A stretch of 64,000 nucleotides of DNA from Eutreptiella sp. 'Long Island Sound 2002' (taxonomy: Eukaryota > Protista > Euglenida): contig OZ038378.1 of the NCBI GenBank assembly GCA_964036045.1, forward strand, positions 197,532,001 to 197,596,000. Direction: 5' to 3'. Below, piece by piece: positions 12,801 through 25,376 of this stretch (its first letter is position 1; each line of letters opens with the position of its first letter). Made by a program: the position numbers and the translations under genes. The notes under the pieces are model-generated. The model ran no database searches, was not told the origin of the DNA, and was given only the letters and a program-made list of their open reading frames with translations.

Positions 12801-15428
12801 CTATTTCGTGGAACCCTTCTCACTGTAGATGAGGTGCACGCAGCCCAAATCGACCACTTCGCTTGGACTCCAAGGGAAACGCTTCGACTAAAGATTGAAG
12901 CTTGCGTGGTGATGCCATCAAATTCAGAAGTTTGCAACGTGAGCATTGCCGTGAATTCAAGGGGAAGATTGGAGCAAGCAGCGGGGACATGCGGTCTAGT
13001 GGCTGAGGACGGCTCTGCTGCTGGTGGCTACCGTTGCCAGCACTGCTATGCTGTTGCCATGTCCCTCGCACTTGAACAGTGCGAGAAGAAGGTGCCCGGA
13101 CAACGGCGCACGGTGTTAGAAGGCCCATCCACCCGAGCTCAGCGCCTACAAGCAAAGCCAAAGCTCCTTCAGCTTCTGGAGAAAAGGGAATATGTGAAGC
13201 TTGACAAGCCCATTGATTGTCCAAAGTGTGACACCTTGTACGTGGCAGAAGATGTGTACGACTTGCCTTATGGGACCGACGACATACTTCCAGCATCCCT
13301 TGAGCTAACACGGTCTAGCCACGTGAAGAAATATTTTGGATATGATGAAGGTTTTGGCTGCCACCTAGCCTCGCAGGCGTGGACTTGCGCTGGCGCGCTC
13401 GTTTGCAAAGCAAATTCCTGCCGGGCCAGGGACAACAACGCCCAAACCGTGATCTGCCAACATGGAGAAATGCAGAAAAAACGGTGTGACGTCCGCATTT
13501 TTCACCTCTACCCAGTTCTGTTCCAGGGGTCCGTGGAACCTGATGAATACAACCGCCTTCGACTTCTTGCATTAATCCGCAGAGACACGTTGGAGTTGGC
13601 TCCTGGCGATGACCCACCCAGTGTGAATGGTTGGGCTGGACACTCTCACCCAGTGCTAAAAGCCTTCAAGCCGCCTACACACTTGGATGATGAGATCTTA
13701 CAGTGGTTCATTGACGACCCCAATCTCACGCCCCGAGAGGCACTAATGAAGAAGCTGACAACCGGCAAGACACCGCCGGGCGAGAACACCATGTACACAA
13801 ACACCATGAGGATTGAGCAGCTCAAAGAACGGGCTTTAGTGTTGAAGAGGGATGATTATGAAGATGCCCATCGTTTGTTGAAGCGGTGGCTCAAAGACGA
13901 GGCATATTGGCTGCCAGACGACATGACAAATTATCTTCGGTCTGTCAAAACCAACACGCCTGAAAGGCCTGTCTTTGCTAGTGACGGCATGTTGAAGATT
14001 GCGGCAAAAGGCAAGGTTTTGGAGGTTGACATAACATTTTGGGACCATACGTTTATGAAGTACCTTCTCAACATTGTGGTGTTTGACGAGGACTTGACCA
14101 AATGGTGGACCACGTTCCGAATGGCTACCTCAAAGCAAGATGCTGGGTTTTATCATGAGGCATTTCTCAAGTTCCTCGACTTGACAAAGGAGACCGACCC
14201 GAATTTCAATCCTTTGCAGTGGCTAACAGTGGTCATGGATTTTTCGCAGGCCCAGCTCAAGGGACTGAAGTCCGCTCAGAAAGAGTACCTAAAGAAGCAA
14301 AACATTGAGTTGTCCGATGATGAGTTTGAAGCCTTTGTGGTCCGGGTGTTCCAAGGATGCCTACTTCACTTCCTGCGATGTGTGGAGGAGTGGTCCAACA
14401 AGATAGACAGCGAGATTGCCTCTGCAATGTTCAAAGAACGATGCAGGGCCATTCCTTCCATGTCAAAGGAGGCACGTGCGGAGATGTGGGATTGGCTGAC
14501 AAAGCATTACAAAGCCCTTGAGGGTTTCATAAAGTTCTGGCGTGCACCGGAGGTGGATGCGTTGCTTTGTCATTTGCATCAAGGGAAGACGTTTGCGGAC
14601 TGGGTAGCTAGCACGCGGGATAGCAATGCGGTGGAGAGCAGTCATCGACCAGTGAAGGCGAAGGGCAAAAGCTTGGTTGACAAGTACCGTATTGTCACGG
14701 AAACTGATGCCCTAGTTGGTTTGCAGAGGCAAAACGTGGAACGGTACTCTGACACAGTAGCGGATAGGTTTTGGGTATTGCGGACAAGACAGAAGGCTCC
14801 GGCCAAGGAACGACAACCAAGGGGCGACCGCTATGTCAACGATGGGAAACCTAAGAAAGGTACCAAGAGAAAGGGCACAAGTGCCGAGGCAAAACCTCGT
14901 TCCAAGAAGGTGCGGTTCAACGAGGAACCCGCAGAGTTGCATGAGTACTCGCAACCGTCACAAACTCAAAACACACCTGGAACTCAAAGCACAACCGACG
15001 TCATTCCTTCGGAAGATGATGATATGGCCTTGACGCAGAATCCATGTGGTGCTGCAGAGACTCGACAAGTCACATTGAAGCATGTAAAGGATTCACCTCC
15101 CGCCCTCAACAGCATTATGGCAACGTATACCACCGACAAGTCCAAAGTTTGGTTTGCCTTTGCACGGGAAGAGATGAAGAGCGGCTGGAAGGTTGATTGG
15201 GTGGAAAAAATTGAGGGACTTGACGTGCATTATCGGGTTGACAAGCTGGCACGTGACAAGCGTGACAAGGTGGAAATGGAGTGTATCGCTGTGACACAAG
15301 TCCCATTTTCCTGTGAGTGTGGTTTCCGGAACGTAACGGTGCAGACATGCCAGTGTAGAGTGGTGCAAATCACCAAGGACCACCTAAAGTCTTGCATCAG
15401 TTTGGCGAAGAAGCATAACAAGAAGTGA
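9888..15428 (+). CDS. SET - RecQ helicase - SWIM/GCM-like Zn fingers - MULE (Mutator-like) DDE transposase multidomain gene, about 1750 aa if the +1 frameshift at 11777-11779 is corrected. Exon 1 9888-10144, exon 2 10426-15428
   Basis: ACCATG at 9888. A phase-2 intron 10145-10425 (AG|GTCTCA...TTCCACAG|T) rebuilds YYRTLISQQLGIDG. The 525 aa ORF (to 11902) and 1211 aa ORF (from 11793) overlap with a +1 offset in the middle of the helicase. Domain motifs are given in the following features. Confidence 0.8.
9972..10639 (+). other. SET lysine methyltransferase domain (split by the intron)
   Basis: VKPSLLNDAGNGLFT (GxGLF), FANDAGKFCNVKF (NH-type motif with H replaced by D) and ALRDIKPAEELFVSYGSTYW (ELxxxYG..YW). 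Confidence 0.85.
11201..12335 (+). other. RecQ-family SF2 helicase core with RQC Zn-binding motif
   Basis: YPHQ (motif 0), SGTNSGKSL (I), FEPLRAII (Ia), YTTPEK (Ib), DEAH at 11540 (II), TATAT (III), TLIFF (IV), TAALEMG (V), QLLGRLAR (VI), then CRWQ...CGTRCDNC (RQC Zn). Confidence 0.92.
12984..13652 (+). other. Degenerate SWIM-like finger followed by GCM/WRKY-like Zn finger region
   Basis: GTCG...YRCQHCYAV (SWIM-like; the first Cys is missing), CPKC, TCAGALVCKANSC (CxGxxxC) and GHSHP, which is the pattern found N-terminal to MULE catalytic domains. Confidence 0.55.
14010..14660 (+). mobile_element. MULE/Mutator-type DDE transposase catalytic domain
   Basis: VDITF (D 14028), MDFSQAQLKG (D 14238), GCLLHF (CxxH 14358-14369), FIKFW, NAVESSH (E 14634). 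Followed by an NLS-like KPKKGTKRK and a C-terminal CECG...CQC cluster. Confidence 0.85.
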
Positions 15429-18400
15429 TTTCTGCAAGCGCGCTCAACAGTTGCATCGAGGGTTTCATGACCCTTGCCATGGGAGGCCCAAGTGGGCATG
15501 GCAGGTCAACATATAATATGCATCAAAGAATTGAACTCATGAGATTTCGCTCCGCTGTGTTCTTTCTTTTTTGTTGAAATCACAAGCTCGCAGCAGTGGA
15601 CAACCATGCTTGGCCTTGGTAGTAAAGTATAAATTGTGGATCTTCCGAGCACTCATGGGGTTCTCCCAAGCACCTTTGAATCACAAGTTTGCAACATATC
15701 TGCACTGCAAAGTCAAGTCATGCCGGTTGGCACATGATTTATGCATTAGAGGACCAAATCACATGTTTGGGATATTCCTCTCTTTTGTTTGAATGAGAAG
15801 GTTGCAACACCTACGACCGCACTTGCATTTGCTGGTCATTGATCACTCCCATGGTCATGGTCAAGGGAAGATAGGTTCCCTCGAACCGGTTCTTTTTCCA
15901 TTTTTCTTCTTCGCCGACTCCTTTGTCCACACATTCAACCTTATTTGTTTTGCCCACATGATTCAATCCACCCATCCCCCCACCAAGCAATTCATGGGGA
16001 GACGGGAGCTGGACTACAAGAGATGACAGAGGTGCATAGCCATAATGTGAGGACTCACAAGTGCTCACATGTTGTGGACCCCTCATCTATGACGTCTGGT
16101 CCTTGTCGAACCGTGATTGCCCGCTGTGAGCACTTTCGTCTTCTTTCTCCCCTTGTAGGCCATAGTTTTGCTCCCAACAAGTACCTCAATCTCCTCTTGG
16201 GGTGTATTTTGTGGCGGGGACTTCCCTGAGTCGTTCCTGACTGATGATAAGGCCACATAATACTCTTGACTGCGCCCACACTTGTTCCTTGAGCTTGTCT
16301 TTCGAGTAGTACCCCCCCCCCCTACATCCCACATCTCTCCCCGTTACCGTAGTCATCTATGCAGGCTTGAGTGAACGCTTTGGCAATCCCCCCCCCCTAT
16401 TTTCTCTAATTATCGGCCGGTTGGCCCACTCATAGTTCCCCCTTCTATCCCCCCCCCCCCCCCACAATGCGGGAAGCCACCCTTAAGCAGGTTGTTGGAT
16501 CACAATTTCCCTTCCTTCTACCTTCCCTCTTTTCCCATGTGTCTGGCAGCCCACACACTTGGCAACCCCGTAATTCTATTGCTAGCCCCAGGTTGCAGAG
16601 ATGAGGCAATTGAACGTGTGATGTAGCCAATGTAATTTTGTTTCTTGAACTGTGCATTTTCTGTCCCATACCTCCTTGCCGTCACCTCCCCATCCACCGT
16701 GACCCATGCTTTGGGATGTGGGTGAATCTTTGTATAATTGGGTCAGGGACAGTTTATAGTATGGTGTCGATTTATGTTGAGAAAAAACGGTTGCAAAATA
16801 TTTGCGCGAATGGTGGTGGTTTGGGTTCTACCCATTTCTTCACTCGTGACACAACATTTTTGCACTCTTTGGCCGCGCGCATATTCGTTCTTATCAAATT
16901 TCCACTTATCTTATTACAAGAGCATCTTCAAAGTTATAAACGCCCCCAAGACATATGAGCAATTACAATATTTGCGATGTACCTTGGAAATGGGGGATGC
17001 CCATTTTGTTTTTTCTCATCTTGTGATCTTTGAGTTTGCTCAAGCTTTCATGCTCACAGTATGTCTTCTCCTAGCAAAGGCTGTGAGTGCAACCTGATGC
17101 ATTGGCTGTTGTGGAAGTGTGAAAATAGCAAGTTGGCATCTATCCGTATGAGAGGATTCAGCCATATTTTTTAGTGGTGCCTTGTTTCTTTTGCAAATCA
17201 CAAGATTGCATATCCGCCCACAACCGTGTCATGAATTCTAGGTTGAACCCTTGAAAATGGCACAATTTTGTGACCAACCCAAGTTACGGAGAAGTTTTTT
17301 TGTGCATGTGTTTGTTGACATTTGCACTACTTTGTCATTTGATGCCATGGCATGCCACTTAACAACCCTAAACAGTGCAACATGTCTGCGAAACGGTTCT
17401 TCGGTCTCACTGTCCTCTTTAAATACCACCCCCACGCAGTTTATGGCCCACGCGATGCCGGTTCCTAAATTGCAAGAAACACATCACGTGGTGCTGCACT
17501 GCGGTTGGGAGGGCGACACATGGTCAGCAGACAGCATGCACTTCCGCATTTGAATTCGCGTATTCTCATCCTGCGCCGATGCAGAACGAAAGGGTGGGGG
17601 CAGAGGAATACAATTCAGCCACAAATTATAGCAAGCCTGAGGCGCCATGAATTGGCGCATGAGTGTGACAGAATAGCACGTCTGTGGTGACAGCGATAGG
17701 TTAACCAGCTACGGTTGCGATGGAACGTTGTGCATATCCCTCAAGTTTGTGGTGCCCCATACCATTGATGTCCTTGGGATTGGCTACGTGTCCTTCAGAC
17801 TGCAACAAATGCTTTGAGTTTTTGCTTTGTTTGTTTGTGGAGAGTTTGTGTCCCAGACCCGTACACACCCTAATACCCAACACATTGGTGGACTTCAATT
17901 TGTTGCCAAGCGCGCGAACCTGCCACGGGAAATGAAGTGTTGATGGGGTGCAGTAACACTCATCGTAGCTGACCCCACTCGTTATCTAATTCAATAGTTC
18001 ATTTGACCCTGAATTGCCACACTTGTCATTCCCCAAAATTTTGGGCTGAATGGACCCGCCATATCCGAGCACCATGCAAATTACCAAAGCACATTAGCAG
18101 ACTTCAAATTGTTGCCAAGCGTAGGAACCTACTATGGGAAATGAAGTATTGAGGGGGTAAGGTAGAATGAAAAGTGATGGCACGCGGCAGTGGTATGCAG
18201 CAATTGCACCTTGTGGATGCCACATGGACGGCACATCCCGGGGGCCATGCCACTTTTGCTTGCTAGGTTGGGCCATAGTGACGGGCCCTTCCCTAGTAGC
18301 GTTGGTGTGGCTGAAGCATGCCATGGTGCAAGGTGCATTACGAAGGCATGGCACCTATCTTGACAGCGCACGCTCACCGCGAATATGTGTTTCTTCATGG

Positions 18401-21400
18401 CAAGACATTACGGAACTGATCGGCATTGTTTGTTTCACATAGTTGCATGATTGGGGAGAGGGCGCCTTGGTGGATGCTTCTCTTTCACAGGTTTCAGCCC
18501 AACTCTGCGCTCGACCATGCTTAAAACGCCATGAACTTGAAATTAGCGAGCAGTGGACTCAATATGTGCCTATGGACGGTGCCCCAAAACTACGTCCGTT
18601 TTCAGTGCAGTTGCATTGGGAAAGGCCCTCCACACACTCAATGTGTGTGCACGAGCTGGCAACCATCTTCCACAGTTTTCAACCCACTGTAGCATGTTGT
18701 GGGTCACGTACTCCGCGTGCGGTGCTGCATACAAGTCCATTGGGCATTGCAAAGGGTGGTCTCCAAAGAAGCATGCTCCTTAGTGAAATGAGATCTTTCC
18801 CTTTTCTTTGAAAAACCTTTGCTACCCCTCCAATGCAGGAAAACGATGGTGCGCTGCAGCTGTTTCAGAGGAGTTTGCACCACTTTGTGTAGAGGTAACC
18901 CACAGTGTCACGAGAGGCAAAGCCGATATGCCAAATTTTTGTACGTACAGCAAGTACGCACGACTAAAGGACGTCTCGTCACTGCGGATGGAGCCCTGGA
19001 AGGCTCACCTTGATTGAGAGTGTTTTGACAGCGCTGCCCGCCATGAGCTTCTAGAGCTGACACACTCGATGGCACACAAGTGTGGGGAACATGTGCGCAA
19101 TGCATTCCACGCCGTGCATAGCGTGGTTCGTTGTTTCGGGGGGTTGTGTTAGACGTACCGCCTAGAGTAATTTCCTTGCACACCCATGAACAGTAAACCT
19201 TCATTGTGGTCAAAGCATCACTGCACATTTGGACTTGGTAGCTGGTCCGGATTTCTCCCGTCTACTATCCCTACTTTCACCGCTGCCCATTTCTTTTCTT
19301 TTGTGCAGTGGCAGTCTCCCAAATGAATGGCTTCGTCAAGGTTGGTATGGGCAATGCCTATGAGGAGAAGAGCAAAGTGATGGTAGAGTGGCCTGGAAAA
19401 GGCCTGCCGCCACAAAGACAAGCTGAATGCCGAGAGGATGCAGCACGAGGAGGCAAAGGAGGCCCATTGATGAGCTGCACAAAGCCCCAGGCCAAGGCCA
19501 AGAGGTGCTTGGTGTTGTCAGTGGGATCTTTGAACCACCCACTCCTGAACCCTCCTTTGCCTTGGATAATCTGGTGGTGGTGGACTTGAAATTGCTGCCA
19601 AGCCCAGGAACCCGCCATGGGATAAGAAGTATTGATAGGGTGAGGCTGGTCAGGCCGGTCATGAAGGTCCCCCCACGGGGGGGGGGGGGGGTAGCACCAC
19701 ATGATTGTAGCATGAAAACCGAACCAATTCCAATATAACCTATTTTCCTTCGGCGCCTTCAAGGACTGGGGGCCTTGTTGTTCTTGGCACGGGCAGAATG
19801 GGCACTTTTGGGACGGACAACCCACCAGTGTGGTACTGCTTCTATAGCAGAGAATGAGGCGTGGTGGGAAATAGCAGTCCTGTAGTTGAGGGACACCATT
19901 CCCTTACAACCTACTTTACAAATTACCAATCACAACAGCCCCTCATTTCCCCAAACCTTTAACCTAAAACCGCCTGGTACCTGATTAAGTACCTAATTAA
20001 AATAATACCATCGGAACGGAAGTGTTCGTTGGACCGAGAGGGGGGGGTTCCCGCTTTTTTGTCAAAGTGACAATCCCCCTATAGGGGGGATGATGACAAG
20101 GGTGGGGGGTAAGTGAGACGTGGGAGGGGCGGGGTGTACTGTGGCAGCAGAGGATGAGTGTAGAATGTCGATACCCGTGCTCATAGGTCCATCATTGCAG
20201 CCACCCCATTGCTGGCGCTTACACGTTCGGAGGGTGCTCTCCAATACATCTGATGTGCACACTAGGTGAGACGTGAAAGCATGCGGTAACACTCATAGTA
20301 GCTACGCGGAAAACTTTGGATTGAGTGAACCCGCTATATGCAGTCACCATTTAATCTACCTAGACACACCGGCGGACTTGAAATTGTTGCCAAGCGGATG
20401 AAGTTGCCATGGGGAGATGAAGTGTGCGGTAACACTCATAGTAGCTGCCCCGAAAACTCCAGGCTAAATGAACCCGCTATATAGGAGGGCTATGTAGGCT
20501 ACCTAGACGCACCGGCGGACTTGAAATTGTTGCCCAGCATAGGAACCCACCATGGGATAAGAAGTGTTGAGAGGGTGAGCTAATACTCATGTAGCTCCCC
20601 CCCCCAAAATTTTGGGCTGAACGGAGCCGCCATATCCATGCGTTATGCAATCTTCCTATGTACACACCTTGGCTCACTTGAAATTGTTACTAGAGAGGGT
20701 AAGGTAACACTCACAACAGCTTCCCGAAAAATATTTGGGCCGAATGGACCCATCATATCCAGGCACTTTGCAAACTACGTGGACGCACTGGAAGACTTGA
20801 AATTGGTACCCAGCATAGGAACCAACCATGGGAAACGAAGTGTTGAGGGGCTGAGGTAACACTCATAGTAGCCGCCCCACAACTTTGGGGTGAATGGATC
20901 CGCCATTTCCAAGCACTATGCAATCTACCTATGTACACACACTAGCAGACTTGAAATTGTTGCCAAGCATAAGAACCCGCCATGGGATAAGAAGTGTTGA
21001 GAAGGTGAGGTAACACTCATAGTGCTGCCCCCCCCCCGCCCCAAGAAAATTGTGGGCTGAATGGACCGCATCCGAGCACTATGCAATCTACCTATGAAAC
21101 TTCATTGGCGGACATATCCAGGCACTATGCAAACTACCTAGACGCACTAGCGGACTTGAAATTGTTCCCAGACATAGGAGCCCACCATGGGACAAGAAGT
21201 GTTGTGAGGGTGAGGTAACATTCATAGTGGTGGCCCAAAAAGAATTGAGGCGAGTGGACCCACCCAGACACACTAGCGGACTTGAAATTGTGGCCAAGCG
21301 TATGAACGCACCATGGGAAATGATGTTTTCAAAGGTTGAGGTAACACTCATAGTAGCTGCCCCCCCCCCCCCGCCCAGAAAATTGTGGGCTGAATGGACC

Positions 21401-24400
21401 GCATCCGAGCACTATGCAATCTACCTATGAAACTTCATTGGCGGACATATCCAGGCACTATGCAAACTACCTAGACGCGCTAGCGGACTTGAAATTGTTC
21501 CCAGACATAGGAGCCCACCATGGGACAAGAAGTGTTGTGAGGGTGAGGTAACATTCATAGTGGTAGCCCAAAAAGAATTGAGGCGAGTGGACCCACCTAG
21601 ACACACTAGCGGACTTGAAATTGTGGCCAAGCGTACGAACGCACCATGGGAAATGATGTTTTCAAAGGTTGAGGTAACACTCATAGTAGCTGCCCTCAAA
21701 AATTGGGGTTGAATGGACCCGCCATATCAAACTGCCAGTTAATCTAGACACAGCGGCACACTTGAAATTAATGCTAGGCCCGGTAGCCTCATGGAGGTTG
21801 AAGCATTGAGAGCGTGCTGTAACACTTACAATAACACTCATAGTAGCGACCCCAAAGATTTTGGGGCGTGCGCACCAAACCTCAAATTGACTGGGCTCTG
21901 TGCCTTCGTTCATTGGTCTCAAAGTGAAACGGACACTGCAACGCACACCACACCGGTCCCCCTCTCCTCCCCAACAAGCAAGCACCCCATGCATATCAGC
22001 ACTGCTGATGGGTCAACATCCTGCGCTGGGCCACATGTTCGTTGCCATGTCAGAACTCCTTTCTGATGTGTCTGGGCCATGTTAGGTCAATGCATTGCAT
22101 GGGGTTATTCGGGTGTGCACTTGCATGCCCCGTTGTTCAGCTTTCAAGTTAAATAATGAATTTGAAGTGCAATTCAGAAGTCAAGCTCAATTGAAGTTCA
22201 GAATTCAATGAGCATTAGTTGATTTTTTGCAGGTTGTGCCTGTTTTGTGCTTGTTCTTGTATCATAACGTTCTTTGTACTTTGACGTGTGGTTGCAACAG
22301 TGAACTCTGAATGGGTTTGTTCCATTTCGCTGCAATGCCTTGTTACATTTTAATTGATGTGTCGTTTTGAAAGTTGCTTTTGGTTCTGCCTTTTTTTGTG
22401 TTACAGGTTTCGAAGTTGATTTGTGCAAACAAAGGGCGAATATGCAGGTTGCTGCATGTCAGATGTTTGTCTTATAATTCATCAATGCGCGCTTTTACAG
22501 ATTTTGCAAATGTTCATTCTTTTGTGTTGCGCTTCCTCCACTGTGCAGTGTCCGTTTCACTTTGAGACCAATGAACGAAGGCACAGAGCCCTGTATCGGG
22601 GCCCTGTACGTGGGCACTGGGCACGTCCCTGGGAATCTGAAACATGGTTGCTTGTGCCCTTTCCCCTTCTCTTCTGCCTAATTGACGGCTGGGGCAATCA
22701 ACAACAATGCGTCTAGGGAGATTGAATGGTGGCTAGATATGGCAGGCCCATTGAGCCCACAAATTTTTGGTGCAGCTACTATGAGTGTGACCTCATCCTC
22801 TCAATACTTCATATCCCAGCATAGGAACCCACCATGAGACAAGAAGCGTTGAGATGGTAAGGTAACAGTCATAGTGGCCGCCCCAAAAATTTTGGGGCTC
22901 GTAGACCCGCCATATCCAAGCACTATGGAATCTACCTGGATGCACTGGCAGACTTGAAATTGTTGCCAAGCATAGGAACCCACCATGGGATAAGAAGTGT
23001 TTTGAGTGTGAGGTAACACCCATAGTGGCAGCCCTAAAAATTTGGGGCTGAATGGACCCACCATATCCAAGCACCATGCAATCTCCCTAGACGCACTAGT
23101 GGATTTGTTGATTGTTGCTCAGCGGAGGAACCTACCATGGGATAAGAAGTTTTCAGACCTTAGAGCTTGCGGCAACACCCATAGTAGGTGCCCCAAGAAT
23201 TTCTGGGCTGAATGAACCCGCTATATCAAGGCACTATGCAATGCACCTGGACGCGCTGGCGGACTTGAAATTGTTGCCAAGCATAGGAACCCGCCATGGG
23301 GTAAGAAGTGTTGAGATGGTGAGGTAACTATCATAATAGGCGCCCCAAAGATTTTTGGGTGAAAGGACCCGCCATATCCAGGCACCAATGCAGTGTACCT
23401 AGACATACTGGCGGTCTTGAAATTGTTGCCAAGCCAAGAAACCTGCCATGGGCAACGATTTCAAGTCCGCTAGTGCATCTAGGTAGATAGCAGAGTGCCT
23501 GGATATGGCAGGTTCATCGCCCCAAAATTTTTGGGGTCGCTACTATGAGTGTTATTGTAAGTGTTACAGCACGCTCTCAATGCTTCAACCTCCATGAGGC
23601 TACCGGGCCTAGCATTAATTTCAAGTGTGCCGCTGTGTCTAGATTAACTGGCAGTTTGATATGGCGGGTCCATTCAACCCCAATTTTTGAGGGCAGCTAC
23701 TATGAGTGTTACCTCAACCTTTGAAAACATCATTTCCCATGGTGCGTTCGTACGCTTGGCCACAATTTCAAGTCCGCTAGTGTGTCTAGGTGGGTCCACT
23801 CGCCTCAATTCTTTTTGGGCTACCACTATGAATGTTACCTCACCCTCACAACACTTCTTGTCCCATGGTGGGCTCCTATGTCTGGGAACAATTTCAAGTC
23901 CGCTAGGTAGTTTGCATAGTGCCTGGATATGGCAGGTCCATCGCCCCAAAATTTCTGGGGCGGCTAGTATGAGTGTTACCTTACCTCACCGTCTCAACAC
24001 TTCTTATCAGGGGGTCCATAAGGGACTATATGTTTCTTTTGTTAAGGACCGCCCTTGGGGACCACCCCAAGGGACCATCAGCCGCCCACCACAAACCGCT
24101 GCCGTCCGCCACTCGCCACCAACCGCCAACCGCCAACGGCGATCAACCGCCAACCACCAAACACCACCAAACACCATCAACCACCAATCTCCAACCACCA
24201 ACCGCCACCATCCGCTACCAATCGCCACGAACCGCCGGTCGCCCACTGCCAACACATGGTGTGCCTGCGCCCGCGGGCTTTTTTGGAAAAGCTGTGTAAT
24301 GCAGCACTTTTTTCCCCCCCATTAAGGACCACTCTGCTTTTTATCCCATGGTGGGTTCCTATGCTTGGCAACGATTTCAAGTATGCCCATGCGTTTTGGT

Positions 24401-25376
24401 AGATTGCACAGTGCCTGGATATGGCGGGACCATTCAGCCCAGAAGTTCCGGAGCAGCTACTATGGGTAATGCCCCGCGTTGTCAACCATTCGTTTCCCAT
24501 GCACTTGGCAACAATTTCAAGTCCGCCAATGAAGTTTCATAGGTAGATTGCATAGTGCTCGGATGCGGTCCATTCAGCCCACAATTTTCTGGGGGGGGGG
24601 GGGGGGGCAGCTACTATGAGTGTTACCTCACCTTCTCAACACTTCTTATCCCATGGCGGGTTCTTATGCTTGGCAACAATTTCAAGTCCGCTAGTGTGTG
24701 TACATAGGTAGATTGCATAGTGCTTGGAAATGGCGGATCCAGAGGGTAAGGTAACACTCACAGCAGCTGCCCGAAAAATATTTGGGCCGAATGGACCCAT
24801 CATATCCAGGCACTTTGCAAACTACGTGGGCGCACTGGCGGACTTGAAGTTGGTACCCAGCATAGGAACCAACCATGGGAAACGAAGTGTTGAAGGGCTG
24901 AGGTAACACTCATAGTAGCCGCCCCACAACTTTGGGGTGAACCTCTCTGGTAACGATTTCAAGTGAGCCAAGGTGTGTACATAGGAAGATTGCATAGTGC
25001 ATGGATATGGCGGCTCCGTTCAGCCCAAAATTTTTGGGGGGCAGCTACATGAGTATTAGCTCACCCTCTCAACACTTCTTATCCCATGGTGGGTTCCTAT
25101 GCTGGGCAACAATTTCAAGTCCGCTGGTGCGTCTAGGTAGTCTACATAGTCCTCCTATATAGCGGGTTCATTCAGCTTGGAGTTTTCGGGGCAGCTACTA
25201 TGAGTGTTACCGCACACTTCATCTCCCCATGGCAACTTCCCCCGCTTGGTAACAATTTCAAGTCCGCCGGTGTGTCTAGGTAGATTAAATGGTGACTGCA
25301 TATAGCGGGTTCACTCAGTCTAGAGTTTTTGGGGCAGCTACTCTAAGTGTTAGTGCATGCTTTCAACTTCAACATC
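14091..25376 (+). repeat. Segmental duplication, copy 1 (copy 2 = 36759-39778 plus 55412-64000)
   Basis: Identical or near-identical ORF translations at offsets 22668 (e.g. stop 15428 vs 38096), 38298 and 38622-38752. Window end 64000 corresponds to 25376. Confidence 0.95.

Noticed and set aside
9888-15428. Helitron interpretation of helicase plus transposase
   Set aside because: The helicase is SF2 RecQ (DEAH), not PIF1/SF1, and the nuclease is DDE, not HUH Rep.
15800-19830. Short ORFs downstream of the transposase as a third cargo gene
   Set aside because: They are fragmentary, change frame and strand, and have no recognisable motif; they are duplicated only because of the segmental duplication.
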